Positions 1 to 9,881 of a stretch of 64,000 bases of DNA are shown here, one piece after another. Made by a program: the position numbers and the translations under genes. This stretch comes from an uncultured Gammaproteobacteria bacterium (GTDB lineage: Bacteria > Patescibacteriota > Patescibacteriia > Magasanikbacterales > JBBTQS01). Numbering within the stretch: position 1 is the first letter of the stretch; every line of letters starts with the position of its first letter. The notes beneath the pieces are model-generated. The model saw nothing but the letters and a program-made list of their open reading frames with translations, made no database searches and was not told the origin of the DNA. The DNA is taken from contig OZ246400.1 in NCBI GenBank assembly GCA_965230935.1, positions 173,705 to 237,704 on the forward strand. Direction: 5' to 3'.

Positions 1-1
1 A

Positions 2-523
2 GAGACTGATCATCAAAAAGGAAATCCGGATGCTCCGGTTGTTATCGTTGAGTATAGTGATTTTGAGTGTAGTTTTTGTGCATCACATGCGCCAATTATG
101 CAGCAGCTAGTGAATGATCTTGGAGATCAGTTTGTGTTTGTGTATCGTCATTTCCCACTCCGAGGCAATCATCCTAATGCGCAAATATCAGCACAAGCAG
201 CAGAGGCTGCAGCGCTTCAAGGACAATTTTGGCCAATGCACGATCTTTTGTTCGAACAACAAGCAGCGTGGAGTGCAATCGCTGATCCAGCCGAGGTGTT
301 TGTAGGATATGCACAAGAGTTAGGATTAGATCCTGATCAATTCAGATCAGACCTCACAAGCACTTCCACACGCAACCGAGTTAACGATGATTATACTGAT
401 GCGATTCGTCTCGGGTTGCAAAGTACACCAACCTTCTTTATTAATGGAGAAAAATTAGAACGACCACTACAATATGCAGGATTTAAAGCACGTATCGAAG
501 CCGCAGCAGTTCCTCAAGAATAA
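2..523 (+). CDS. DsbA-family thiol:disulfide oxidoreductase (5' end outside window)
   Basis: Frame is open from the window edge (ETDHQKGNPDAPVVIVEYSDFECSFCASHAP...). Thioredoxin-fold CxxC motif CSFC. Stop TAA at 521-523. Confidence 0.8.
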   Translation, partial: ETDHQKGNPDAPVVIVEYSDFECSFCASHAPIMQQLVNDLGDQFVFVYRHFPLRGNHPNAQISAQAAEAAALQGQFWPMHDLLFEQQAAWSAIADPAEVFVGYAQELGLDPDQFRSDLTSTSTRNRVNDDYTDAIRLGLQSTPTFFINGEKLERPLQYAGFKARIEAAAVPQE

Positions 524-542
524 TCAATGGATCATACTCACC

Positions 543-944
543 ATGTTTGTGGTGGCATTGATTGGATTTATTGATGCGGCATACTTGACCATCGAACATT
601 ATCGGGGGAGTGCCGTGCTATGTAGTCTTGTTGAAGGATGCCATGCGGTACTTTCCAGTGCCTACGCTACTATTTTTTGGGGAATACCAACAGCACTCCT
701 TGGGGTATTGTTCTACCTTGGAATGCTTGTAGTTATTTTTTGGACATGGCAAAGCACCATGGCAAAGTGGTTGTTGTTATATTGTTGGGTAACAATTCCC
801 GCGTTGTTGTGGACAGGGTGGATGGTGTATCTTCAGTTATTTGTTTTGGACGCTATTTGTCAGTATTGTATGGTTTCAGCAGCAACCTCGACAATACTCT
901 TTATCTTCGCTATGGTACTGCTGCGAGCTAACCAACGCACATAA
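543..944 (+). CDS. Vitamin K epoxide reductase (VKOR) family membrane protein
   Basis: Multi-TM protein with a loop Cys pair (CSLVEGC) and a CQYC motif. Classic DsbA-VKOR adjacency. The ORF track starts at ATG 474, overlapping dsbA by 50 nt; ATG 543 is more plausible. Confidence 0.75.
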   Translation: MFVVALIGFIDAAYLTIEHYRGSAVLCSLVEGCHAVLSSAYATIFWGIPTALLGVLFYLGMLVVIFWTWQSTMAKWLLLYCWVTIPALLWTGWMVYLQLFVLDAICQYCMVSAATSTILFIFAMVLLRANQRT

Positions 945-946
945 GT

Positions 947-1357
947 ATGGATTTCCCACTTCCTGAAACACAGAAAAACCCAAAAGTATTTTTGCAGCGC
1001 GCAGGCTATCATGAGTTTGTCGATCCTAATACTGGAGATCGCAGCTTTGTGAGGCGGCTTAGCCAAGATTTTTATCCGCGATTTCATATTTATATTGATG
1101 AAGATCAACGCGGCACGATTATCAGTCTTCATATTGATCAAAAACATCATGTCTATGATGGTGTACGCGCACATGCCGGGGAGTATAGTGGTCCGGTTGT
1201 TGAGCAAGAAGCAGCACGCTTGAAAGACGCAGCAGAAAATCCAGATGCACTTGTAAAGCTTGCCAAAGTGGATACTGGGGCAAAGCCCAAGTTCAAACCC
1301 GGTGGAATCATTACTGATCGAACCGCGAAGGATTTGCGTAAAAAACTTGGCATTTAA
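947..1357 (+). CDS. hypothetical protein
   Basis: 136-aa ORF tightly packed between flanking genes. No motif recognised. Confidence 0.6.
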   Translation: MDFPLPETQKNPKVFLQRAGYHEFVDPNTGDRSFVRRLSQDFYPRFHIYIDEDQRGTIISLHIDQKHHVYDGVRAHAGEYSGPVVEQEAARLKDAAENPDALVKLAKVDTGAKPKFKPGGIITDRTAKDLRKKLGI

Positions 1358-1359
1358 CT

Positions 1360-2082
1360 ATGCAATATTTTTTAGCCCCATTTCATGCACTCTCGTTCCT
1401 GAAGAGTCACGGGACGCTATGGCGGTATGTGGCGTGGCCATTTGGCATTACAATTGCGGTTGTGGTCCTTTCGTATAATTTTATTATTGGTTGGGTGCAC
1501 GATATGGTGGGGGGATTGTTTGATCATGGGATGTTGTGGTTTATCCTCGCGGTTGTCGTGACACTGGGTTTTGCAATTGTGTCCTTTTATTTATTTACCT
1601 TTTTCCTTAATTTAATCTCCGGTCCGTTTAATGAGGTGTTGTCTGAAAAGGTTGAGGAGATTGTGCATCCAAGTCATCATCATAAGAGTAACGCGTTTTC
1701 TTGGGCTGCACTGGGGAATACCTATTTACGTACTATCACCGCTGAAGTACAGCGCATGGTCATATTCGGAGCACTGATTGTTTTAATATTTGCCCTGTCT
1801 TTTTTCTTGGCTGGTTCAGTGTTTACCTTACTCAGCGGACTAGTATCAATATTCTTTCTGATGTTTGAATTTATTGATTATCCACTCGCACGACACGAAT
1901 GGAGTTTTTGGCAAAAATTACAATTTGTGAGTAAACATTGGTTACCACTCGTATTATTTGGCCTTGGTCTTTCAGTGTTTTTACTTATTCCGATTCTAAA
2001 TCTCTTGTTTATTCCAGTAGCCGTCATTTCTGGAACACGACTTGTCTTGCAACTTCACCCCAAACATCGTAGGGTGAAGTAG
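1360..2082 (+). CDS. hypothetical integral membrane protein (possibly EI24/CysZ-like)
   Basis: 240-aa ORF with about 4-5 hydrophobic helices. Family assignment is a weak impression only. Confidence 0.6.
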   Translation: MQYFLAPFHALSFLKSHGTLWRYVAWPFGITIAVVVLSYNFIIGWVHDMVGGLFDHGMLWFILAVVVTLGFAIVSFYLFTFFLNLISGPFNEVLSEKVEEIVHPSHHHKSNAFSWAALGNTYLRTITAEVQRMVIFGALIVLIFALSFFLAGSVFTLLSGLVSIFFLMFEFIDYPLARHEWSFWQKLQFVSKHWLPLVLFGLGLSVFLLIPILNLLFIPVAVISGTRLVLQLHPKHRRVK

Positions 2083-2083
2083 T

Positions 2084-3862
2084 ATGAATGATATTGCGCA
2101 AATTAAGGACCGCCTTGATGTGGTGGAGTTGTTAAGTGAGTATTTGCAACTCAAGCAAGCAGGGGCTAATTGGAAGGGGTTATGTCCATTTCACAATGAA
2201 AAAACTCCTTCGTTTATGGTGTCGCGCGAAAAGCAAATTTGGCATTGTTTTGGTTGTGGAAAGGGCGGAGATATTTTTGAGTTTATTCAAGAGATTGAGG
2301 GCATGGAGTTCGTCGAGGCGCTTACTGTTTTGGCACAACGGGCAGGGGTCACACTCCAGCGTGACGGATCATATTCAAAAGAGGCAACCGACAAACGAAA
2401 TCGTCTGCGAGAAGTCCTGTCGCTCGCTGCGCAGTTTTATCACACGGTTTTGCGTGACTCAGATGCTGCACAAGAGGCGCGAGCATATCTTGAGCGCCGG
2501 GGGGTGAATCAAAACATGATCGAGCAGTTTCAGATTGGTTTTATTCCTGAACCAAAAGATTCTTGGACAGTACTCACTGATTTTTTAACCAAAAAGAAAG
2601 GGTATGGAGTAGAGGAGTGTATTGCCGCTGGGATCAGTAAGCGCAATGACCGTGGGCGTGTGTATGACACGTTTCGTGCTCGGGTGATGTTTCCACTATG
2701 CGATGTTCATGGTTCAGTAGTTGGGTTTACCGGACGTCTGTTGCAAGACCAGGATGGCGTTGGTAAGTATGTGAATACGCCACAGACCGAGTTGTTTGAT
2801 AAAAGTCAAGTGTTGTATGGATTGCATTTTGCAAAGCAGTCGGCTAAACAGGCAGGATATTTTGTGTTAGTTGAAGGGCAGTTGGATGTGATTGCCGCAC
2901 ATCAGATTGGTATGAGTAATGTCGTGGCCGCATCAGGCACTGCGCTTACTGATCGACATGTGCAGATATTAAAACGATATGTTCCACAAATTCGAGTAGC
3001 ATTTGATAATGATAGTGCTGGAGAACGTGCTGCTAAGCATGGAATTGATTTGGCACTTGAAGTAGGACTTGATGTGCGTGTTATTCAAATTCCTGAGGAC
3101 GCAGGTGAAGATCCAGACGCTTGTATTCAGCGCGACCCTGATGTGTGGAAACAAGTAGTACAGCAAGCAAAACCAGTTTTTGAATACTATATTGATCGGT
3201 ATGTTACTCCAGAGGTTCGTTCTGACCCGCAACAGTTGCGACAGGTGAGTGATATGCTTGCACAAGAATTAGCCCGCATTAGCGATCCGGTTTTGGTTGA
3301 TTTTTGGGCGCAGAAAATTAGCATTGCATTGGGTGCAAGTATTGAAAGTGTCAAACAAAAGGCGCAGCTGTCTGCTAAAAAAAAGCAGCGGTATACCACG
3401 AATACCACTCCTGTCAAAACACCATCAACACCACCGGCTAAGAAGACGCGAGGAGAAAAACTTGGTCAGTATCTTTTGATGATTTTAGTCAAAGCTCCTG
3501 AGCTTATTGCGCAAGAACAACTCGATCCAATGGTGTTTGTTTCAGCGAAGGATCAACAGCTTTACAGATATCTTCAGGCACAGTATACTAGTAACCAACA
3601 TCATGAATCTGATACTACAGATCGCAATGTATCTGAGATCAAGAATCATCTAGCGGCTATCGAGCTTCTCGCGCAGGAGAAGCTATTTACCTTTTCGCAA
3701 GAGCAGCTCCTTAATGAATTTACAACTGCTCGCCAAGAGCTTACCAAGCTCTGGCAGCAATATCAGCGTGATTTGCTCACGCAAGAGATTCGTGCAGCTG
3801 AAGATCGAGGAGATCATGAGCGCGCGGAAGAACTTATTCAGGCGTACCAAGCTATTTCATAA
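2084..3862 (+). CDS. dnaG: DNA primase
   Basis: CHC2 zinc finger ([11 protein letters not shown]...[10 protein letters not shown]) and TOPRIM region ([20 protein letters not shown]). Precedes rpoD as in the classical dnaG-rpoD arrangement. Confidence 0.95.
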   Translation: MNDIAQIKDRLDVVELLSEYLQLKQAGANWKGLCPFHNEKTPSFMVSREKQIWHCFGCGKGGDIFEFIQEIEGMEFVEALTVLAQRAGVTLQRDGSYSKEATDKRNRLREVLSLAAQFYHTVLRDSDAAQEARAYLERRGVNQNMIEQFQIGFIPEPKDSWTVLTDFLTKKKGYGVEECIAAGISKRNDRGRVYDTFRARVMFPLCDVHGSVVGFTGRLLQDQDGVGKYVNTPQTELFDKSQVLYGLHFAKQSAKQAGYFVLVEGQLDVIAAHQIGMSNVVAASGTALTDRHVQILKRYVPQIRVAFDNDSAGERAAKHGIDLALEVGLDVRVIQIPEDAGEDPDACIQRDPDVWKQVVQQAKPVFEYYIDRYVTPEVRSDPQQLRQVSDMLAQELARISDPVLVDFWAQKISIALGASIESVKQKAQLSAKKKQRYTTNTTPVKTPSTPPAKKTRGEKLGQYLLMILVKAPELIAQEQLDPMVFVSAKDQQLYRYLQAQYTSNQHHESDTTDRNVSEIKNHLAAIELLAQEKLFTFSQEQLLNEFTTARQELTKLWQQYQRDLLTQEIRAAEDRGDHERAEELIQAYQAIS

Positions 3863-3864
3863 TT

Positions 3865-5370
3865 ATGCCGAAAAAAGCAACGTCAAAGACTAAGAAGAAG
3901 ACCAGAAAGACCACGGCGAAGACTCCAAAGAAGAAAGTCGCTTCCACACGTAAGAGTGCAAAAAAGAAGCCTGCTAAAAAGACAGCTGCAAAGCGCGTAG
4001 TGAAGACCACAAAGAAAAAAGCAGTTAAGAAAACCACCAAGAAAACGGTGGTTAAGAAGGTTGTAAAGAAAAAGACTGCTGTCAAAAAACGCGTTACTAA
4101 AAAGCCAATAAAAAAGACACGTAAGGTTTCAGGTACTCGTGCGAAAAAGGCACCTAAGAAGGCCATTAAGAAAACCACTCGTACAACAGCTCGCAAAAAG
4201 GCAGCGACCAAAAAAACGTCACGAACCACCCGTAAAGCTGTTGTAAAAGCACCAACGCGCAGAGTCAAGGCAAAACCACCAACACGCGATACCATTGATC
4301 GGTTGATGCGCAAAGCATTCCAGCGCGGTTTTGTCACAGAAAATGAAATTTTATATTCCTTTGTTGCAGTAGAGGATTATGTGGATTTTTACGAAGGGCT
4401 GCTTGATGAGTTAGAGAATCGAGGGCTCAAGGTTGTTGAAATGAAAGAGGGTCTTTTGGGTCGCCAAAAAGATCAAGAAGATTTTCGTGATGAGTTTCAT
4501 GTTGAAGCAATCATTGATAAGGCAAAGAAGATTAATTTTACCGATATCACGGCAGATTCGATTCAAATGTATTTGCGCGAAATCGGAAAAATTCCACTGT
4601 TGAATGCCGAGCAAGAGGTTGCACTTTCAAAGCGCAAAGAAAAAAATGAACGTGCTGCAGAGTTAGCATTGATTGTTGCTAACCTTCGTTTGGTGGTTTC
4701 GATTGCCAAAAAGTTTGTCGGAAAGAATTTGACCTTGTTGGATTTGATTCAGGAAGGAAACATTGGTTTGTTTCGAGCGGTGAAAAAGTTTGAGTATCGA
4801 AAAGGGTATAAGTTTTCGACCTATGCAACGTGGTGGATTCGACAAGCAATCACTCGTGCACTTGCGGATCAATCACGTACGATTCGTATTCCTGTACACA
4901 TGGTCGAGACCATCAACAAGTTTTCTCAGATTCAGCGACGATTGTTGCAGGATTTGGGGCGTGATCCTACTCCTGAGGAAATCGCGGCTGAGATGGGACA
5001 AGATGTGAAAAAAGTTAAACACATTATTAAGATTTCTCAAGACACGGTTTCACTTGAAGTTTCAGTTGGAGAGGACGACGACGATTCAAGTTTGCAGGAC
5101 TTCATCGAAGATGTGAAAAACATCTCTCCTGACCGTGCTGCCGCTCTTGAGCTGCTCAGCGATTATGTGTACGAAGCTATTGTGGATCTCGCACCTCGTG
5201 AGCAAAAGATTTTGGAAATGCGATTTGGTTTAAAAGACGGTATTTCGCACACGCTTGAGGAGGTAGGACGTGAGTTTGATGTAACACGTGAGCGTATTCG
5301 ACAGATCGAAGCCAAGGCGCTTGAGAAGATTCAGGCAATGCCGATTATTGAGAAGTTGCGAGACTACTAA
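3865..5370 (+). CDS. rpoD: RNA polymerase sigma-70 factor with ~140-aa lysine-rich N-terminal tail
   Basis: Sigma-70 regions 1.2, 2, 3 and 4 ([36 protein letters not shown]; C-terminal [20 protein letters not shown]). N-terminus is a K/T/A-rich low-complexity tail instead of the acidic region 1.1. Confidence 0.93.
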   Translation: MPKKATSKTKKKTRKTTAKTPKKKVASTRKSAKKKPAKKTAAKRVVKTTKKKAVKKTTKKTVVKKVVKKKTAVKKRVTKKPIKKTRKVSGTRAKKAPKKAIKKTTRTTARKKAATKKTSRTTRKAVVKAPTRRVKAKPPTRDTIDRLMRKAFQRGFVTENEILYSFVAVEDYVDFYEGLLDELENRGLKVVEMKEGLLGRQKDQEDFRDEFHVEAIIDKAKKINFTDITADSIQMYLREIGKIPLLNAEQEVALSKRKEKNERAAELALIVANLRLVVSIAKKFVGKNLTLLDLIQEGNIGLFRAVKKFEYRKGYKFSTYATWWIRQAITRALADQSRTIRIPVHMVETINKFSQIQRRLLQDLGRDPTPEEIAAEMGQDVKKVKHIIKISQDTVSLEVSVGEDDDDSSLQDFIEDVKNISPDRAAALELLSDYVYEAIVDLAPREQKILEMRFGLKDGISHTLEEVGREFDVTRERIRQIEAKALEKIQAMPIIEKLRDY

Positions 5371-5384
5371 TTTAATACACCGTT

Positions 5385-6245
5385 TTGCTCTTTATGAAGT
5401 ACATTACTGCAATGAAGGGAGCTGGGTTAGCCCTAATCTTTTTTGCGATTGTTGGATATGTCGTAAAAGATTCCCCTCGCTTAAGTGAAGGGGCAGAAAT
5501 AATTCTAACGGTCTCTACATTTTTGTTTGCTATTTTTGCTGGGTTTTATATTTCTCGATTAAATGATCGTTATGGAAAGATGACCGACTTGATTGCCTCA
5601 GAAGATGCGAAGTGGCTTTCGTTTTATGAGCTTTCACATTTTTACCCAAAAACATTTGTAAAGAAAGTAGAAGAGACGTTAGACAAATATTATATTGTTG
5701 CGTACGATTTTGAACTTGGAAGCTGTTATAAATACAACGCAAAGTATTTTCATGAATTTTTTGCCTTACTGCGTGAAGTAAAGATACCAAAAAATTCAAA
5801 GAGCGAAGATGTATTCGATGACATGTTGGGTATCCTTGGTGATATTGAAGATATGAGAAATAAAAGCGCTGTTATTGCAAACGAGCGATTGAATCCTGGG
5901 CAATGGACCATGATTATTGTATTGTCTTTGATTATCATTTTCAGTATTTTTCAACTGAATATTCCAAGTGCATACTATTGGCTCACCACAGTACTGTTCT
6001 CAACCGTTATTGTGACAATAGTGCTCACCATGCGTGACCTACAGAACTTCCGATTGAATGAGATCGAATTACTCGGTGAATCAGGACAAGAGGTGCTCGA
6101 AGCAATCGGCAGACCTCGTTATTACAATAAGCGCTATATTGAAAAAGATATGCATAGCATACCAAAACATATTAAGGAGTATCGCTTAGGTCGACACAAG
6201 CCAGGTTCGAAGACTTTTGATATAATCGTTGTACAACATAAATAA
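5385..6245 (+). CDS. hypothetical membrane protein
   Basis: 286-aa ORF with N-terminal and C-terminal TM helix pairs. No motif recognised. Confidence 0.6.
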   Translation: MLFMKYITAMKGAGLALIFFAIVGYVVKDSPRLSEGAEIILTVSTFLFAIFAGFYISRLNDRYGKMTDLIASEDAKWLSFYELSHFYPKTFVKKVEETLDKYYIVAYDFELGSCYKYNAKYFHEFFALLREVKIPKNSKSEDVFDDMLGILGDIEDMRNKSAVIANERLNPGQWTMIIVLSLIIIFSIFQLNIPSAYYWLTTVLFSTVIVTIVLTMRDLQNFRLNEIELLGESGQEVLEAIGRPRYYNKRYIEKDMHSIPKHIKEYRLGRHKPGSKTFDIIVVQHK

Positions 6246-6268
6246 GCCTAAACACTAACGGTAGTCAT

Positions 6269-8224
6269 ATGGAAGAACAACATAATCCATCTGCAGGTGC
6301 CACCCCACCTCCAGCACCCACACCTGAATCAACACCTCCGCCCCCGCTAGCGGCTGAACCACCAAAGCCGCCCACCCCAGAACCAGCTGCTGCTGGGTAT
6401 CAGCCGTCATATAGCAGCACCCCAACAAGCTATGATTCCGGTGGGGCAAAAGAGCAGCATGCAAGTAAGACATGGATTTTCGTGCTGCTTGGGATAATTG
6501 TGGTAGCGGCGCTTGTTTTCGCCGGGTGGTGGTTTTTAAAGGATGGTTTTGGCAAAGCCAAGACTCCGGATGAGTTGTTTTTGGGTGCAATAACGACACT
6601 GATGAGCGCAGATGATACCAGCATGCAAATTGATATACCATTTGATACGTTGTTGGCAGTATCAGGGGACTATAGTGAGACTGCTGAAGACTCACTCGAT
6701 GAATATGGACTTAAGTTTGATGGTGCCAAGGTTATGTTACAGGCACAGACAGCGTATACTGAGACATTGCGTGCTAATGCAAACACATCAATATCAATTG
6801 TTGTCCCGGAAACTGACACTGCAGTTGGGTTTGGTGTTCGGGTAGTAGATGGCGATATCTTTGTTCAGTTGTCAGAATTTAAGGTTGAAGAGTTTCCTTT
6901 TTCTCTTGATGCATTGACCGGCACCTGGATTGAGTTCAATATTGCTGAGATTATGGAACAGTTTGCTGCCGGTGCAGGGGATGATTCATCTTCAGTCGAG
7001 GTTGCAAGCGAACTTCAGGCAGGAGAATATCTTACACTTGATCGTGGGGTTGCGCTTGATCTGTTTCAGGAACAATATACTAAGCATAAACCATTTGTGA
7101 TTACTGCTGATGCGCAGGCAAGTACCGACGATATTGCAGCGTTGCGGGTTCAGGTAAGTGGTCAGTTTAGTCCATTCGTGTACGAGTTGCTTGATAAGAC
7201 TGTTACCTGGCAGCTCAATGAGATTGATGTGGCGATTGGTGAATATCAGAAAGATGGTGAGCAGGTTGCGGTTGGTGTTCTAGAAGGCTATCGTATGTCG
7301 CTGGTTGAGTCTTCAGGAGAACATGGTGAGCTTTTGGCAGAGCAGATTGTTGATTTTGTGGGACAAATTATGCCAGCAGCAGAAGGCGACGCTAGTTCTT
7401 CGTCCGGATTTAGTTTCGACACACCAGAGAGCGCTGATTTGGCTATTGAAGAGGCGATCTTGACCCTATTTGTCGATACTGATAGTGGAGAACCAACACA
7501 AGCAACATTGGATTTCGTCTATGTTGATGCAAGCACTCATGATCCAATTACACTGCAATGGGATGGCATCAATACTGGGTTAAAGATTACGAAGCCAGAG
7601 AATAGTAAGACTATTGAGGAAATGTTGCCAGTGGTGATGGGGATTGTCTTTGGGGGGTTAGGTGGTGAGTTTGGTGCGACGTTTGGTTCGGAAGATGGTG
7701 ATCAGGAGGGTACGCTTATTGAAGGCGAGTTGTTTGAAAGTCAAACCCCAAACACTCTTGATTCTGATGGAGATGGGATAAGTAATCGTGATGAGCTTGG
7801 TATTTGGGGTACAAATAAAGATTTAGTTGACTCTGATTTTGATGGCTACGATGACAAAACTGAGTTGGAAAACGGATTTAACCCATTAGGTCAAGGCAAA
7901 CTTGAGGTAAGCCCATTATTTTTTGGTGAGTGGCGTGGTGGTGCAACTTTCGGAATCAGCGATACTACCGCGGTGTTAGTGATTTCGTCTGATGGTACGT
8001 TTACAACGTATGAAGAAAAAGACGATGGAACAGAAGAGGTGGGATCGCGAGAAAATGGAGTATGGACTCAAGATGGTATGCGATTAAAGTTGGTAGTAGA
8101 AGATGGTCCCGAGTCGCTCTTTGGGTATCTTGAGAATACAACCAAGCTCGAGTTGGTGTTCTTTATGGATGGTAATGAATTTGATCCAGACGGGTTTGAG
8201 CTAGCACGCTTCGCAAAAGAGTAA
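6269..8224 (+). CDS. hypothetical type-II membrane protein with Pro-rich N-terminus and Ca-binding-like Asp-rich motif
   Basis: N-terminal PPAPTPESTPPPP region, one TM helix (WIFVLLGIIVVAALVFAGWWF), and a large extracytoplasmic domain. Thrombospondin-type-3-like DxDxDG run (DSDGDGISNRDELGIW...DSDFDGYDDKTELENGFNP). Confidence 0.7.
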   Translation: MEEQHNPSAGATPPPAPTPESTPPPPLAAEPPKPPTPEPAAAGYQPSYSSTPTSYDSGGAKEQHASKTWIFVLLGIIVVAALVFAGWWFLKDGFGKAKTPDELFLGAITTLMSADDTSMQIDIPFDTLLAVSGDYSETAEDSLDEYGLKFDGAKVMLQAQTAYTETLRANANTSISIVVPETDTAVGFGVRVVDGDIFVQLSEFKVEEFPFSLDALTGTWIEFNIAEIMEQFAAGAGDDSSSVEVASELQAGEYLTLDRGVALDLFQEQYTKHKPFVITADAQASTDDIAALRVQVSGQFSPFVYELLDKTVTWQLNEIDVAIGEYQKDGEQVAVGVLEGYRMSLVESSGEHGELLAEQIVDFVGQIMPAAEGDASSSSGFSFDTPESADLAIEEAILTLFVDTDSGEPTQATLDFVYVDASTHDPITLQWDGINTGLKITKPENSKTIEEMLPVVMGIVFGGLGGEFGATFGSEDGDQEGTLIEGELFESQTPNTLDSDGDGISNRDELGIWGTNKDLVDSDFDGYDDKTELENGFNPLGQGKLEVSPLFFGEWRGGATFGISDTTAVLVISSDGTFTTYEEKDDGTEEVGSRENGVWTQDGMRLKLVVEDGPESLFGYLENTTKLELVFFMDGNEFDPDGFELARFAKE

Positions 8225-8246
8225 CATTGTTGTTTGACAAATTTGT

Positions 8247-8285
8247 AAAAGAGCGTACAATTGTGGTGCGCTCTTTTGGTTTTTG
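8247..8285 (+). terminator. rho-independent terminator after 6269-8224 gene
   Basis: Stem aaaagagcg / cgctctttt followed by a T-tract. Confidence 0.7.
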
Positions 8286-8372
8286 CACCAAGAGAAATAA
8301 GCGTTCCGGGGTAGCAACTTCGTAGCTACCCCTCCATTCGCAAACTAAAATACAAGCATTTTAGTTGCTCAT

Positions 8373-8447
8373 TCCGGGGTAGCTCAGTGGTAGAGCAGTT
8401 GGCTGTTAACCAATTGGCCGCGGGTTCGAGTCCCGCCCCCGGAGCCA
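8373..8447 (+). tRNA. tRNA-Asn (anticodon GTT)
   Basis: Cloverleaf readable by hand: acceptor tccgggg/ccccgga, D-arm tagctcagtggtagagca, anticodon loop ctGTTaa, T-arm gcgggttcgagtcccgc, encoded CCA. Confidence 0.9.
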
Positions 8448-8450
8448 ATA

Positions 8451-8487
8451 CAAAAGACACTCAATTAGGGTGTCTTTTGTGTTTTTT
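8451..8487 (+). terminator. rho-independent terminator after tRNA-Asn
   Basis: caaaagacac / gtgtcttttg stem followed by a T-run. Confidence 0.75.
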
Positions 8488-8568
8488 CTTCGGAGATAAG
8501 GCACGCTGAAATGTGATTCTGTGATGTTTCTGTGGTAAGATATTTGTATTAAAATATAATTCTCTCTT

Positions 8569-9360
8569 ATGAAAAGATTATACATACTAGGCATGTCTTG
8601 TTTAGTTTTATTTGGTGCGGGTTGTGTAGATGTGCTTAATTACGCAAAAGAGGATTCTGAATTAAATCCAGTACAAGTAGGTTTGGCAAATTTTGATCTT
8701 ACTGGTGTTCAGCCGTTTAATGATCGTAATTCCATGAAAGGTCCTCATACTTTACAATTCACAGGGGAAGGCATGGTTATCTGGGAGGAGCACACTAAAA
8801 AGGCGCCGCCGTATAAAAGAAATGAGTGGCGTTGGTTCGGTTTTGAATTTAATACTACGGAAAAAACAGTTGAAGTTAAAGATTTTGGCATACAAACAAC
8901 TTCCAAAAAGTACCAAGGAAAAACTCGTATGAATACCTGTAGAGAACTTGAAGAACCGTTTGTCAGACACTACAGGTTTATTGATTGTAGTAAAGGCAAA
9001 TCAGCGTTGATATATATGAAAGATGATGATTTTACAAAAAATGAATGGTTTATGCAGGTAAGAGAATCATCTAGTGGGAAAGTTTTGTATGAAAAGGAGA
9101 TTGATGAAGAAGGGTTTAACACCTGGAACCAGGCAAGGGGCAAATTTTTAGATGATGTGCTGTATTATCAATCAGCAAAAGGTAAGGTGGTAGAATTACG
9201 CATGATAGATGGAGCTTCACGAGTACTATTGGATGTAGAGCGGACAGTGGCAGATTGGGATGTTAATGGAGAGCTGCTGATATATTCACAGTCGACAATA
9301 GAAGCTGAGCAAGATTATTCTGTCTATGATAGCTATCTATATGTTGTGGAGTACAATTAA
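8569..9360 (+). CDS. hypothetical lipoprotein
   Basis: Signal peptide with lipobox (MKRLYILGMSCLVLFGAGC). Confidence 0.7.
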   Translation: MKRLYILGMSCLVLFGAGCVDVLNYAKEDSELNPVQVGLANFDLTGVQPFNDRNSMKGPHTLQFTGEGMVIWEEHTKKAPPYKRNEWRWFGFEFNTTEKTVEVKDFGIQTTSKKYQGKTRMNTCRELEEPFVRHYRFIDCSKGKSALIYMKDDDFTKNEWFMQVRESSSGKVLYEKEIDEEGFNTWNQARGKFLDDVLYYQSAKGKVVELRMIDGASRVLLDVERTVADWDVNGELLIYSQSTIEAEQDYSVYDSYLYVVEYN

Positions 9361-9646
9361 TTTTGTAAAACAAGATTGTTAAGGCTTGTTTGCTTTGGTC
9401 ATTCCAAACACGCTGGATATTCTGAGACAAGTAAGACGATCAGCAGGATTTCCTTCAGGCATAGTAAATTGGTTAGTTACTTATTATGTAAGTAGTGATA
9501 AGTGTGTATTCTTAAGTAAACTCTTCACTTATCACTTTCTTGTTAGAATAATTTGAGGTTTGGATCTGTGTGACGGGTTTCAAATATACTCTTGCGAAAT
9601 GTGATTTTGTATCCTATGCTAGGTGTGTTAATCAAAATTTTATTCT

Positions 9647-9868
9647 ATGAGCAAAACATTCACATGCCACGAACTTGGTGGGACCTGTGAACAAACATTT
9701 ACCGGTAACACTTTGATGGAAATTGCCCAGCAAGCTATGGGACATATGCAAGCGGATGCTGGGCATATGGAGCGCATTAAGAATCTAGAGAAAGAAACAG
9801 GCGAGACTAAAGAACAGTGGTTCGCGCGCATGCAAAAAGAATTTGATAAGAGAGAGGAGAATAAGTAG
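9647..9868 (+). CDS. DUF1059-family small metal-binding protein
   Basis: 73 aa with FTCHELGGTCEQ...MGHMQADAGH pattern typical of DUF1059. Confidence 0.65.
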   Translation: MSKTFTCHELGGTCEQTFTGNTLMEIAQQAMGHMQADAGHMERIKNLEKETGETKEQWFARMQKEFDKREENK

Positions 9869-9881
9869 TGCAGTCTCATAT

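Noticed and set aside
474-542. ATG 474 as the VKOR start (50-nt overlap with dsbA)
   Set aside because: The overlap is large. The encoded N-terminal 23 aa would be translated from the dsbA 3' end. ATG 543 sits right at the first TM helix. A genuine DsbA-VKOR fusion or overlap cannot be fully excluded.
3852-4337. 161-aa antisense ORF opposite the rpoD lysine-rich region
   Set aside because: It mirrors the poly-Lys codons (AAG/AAA read as Phe/Leu) and is a low-complexity artefact.
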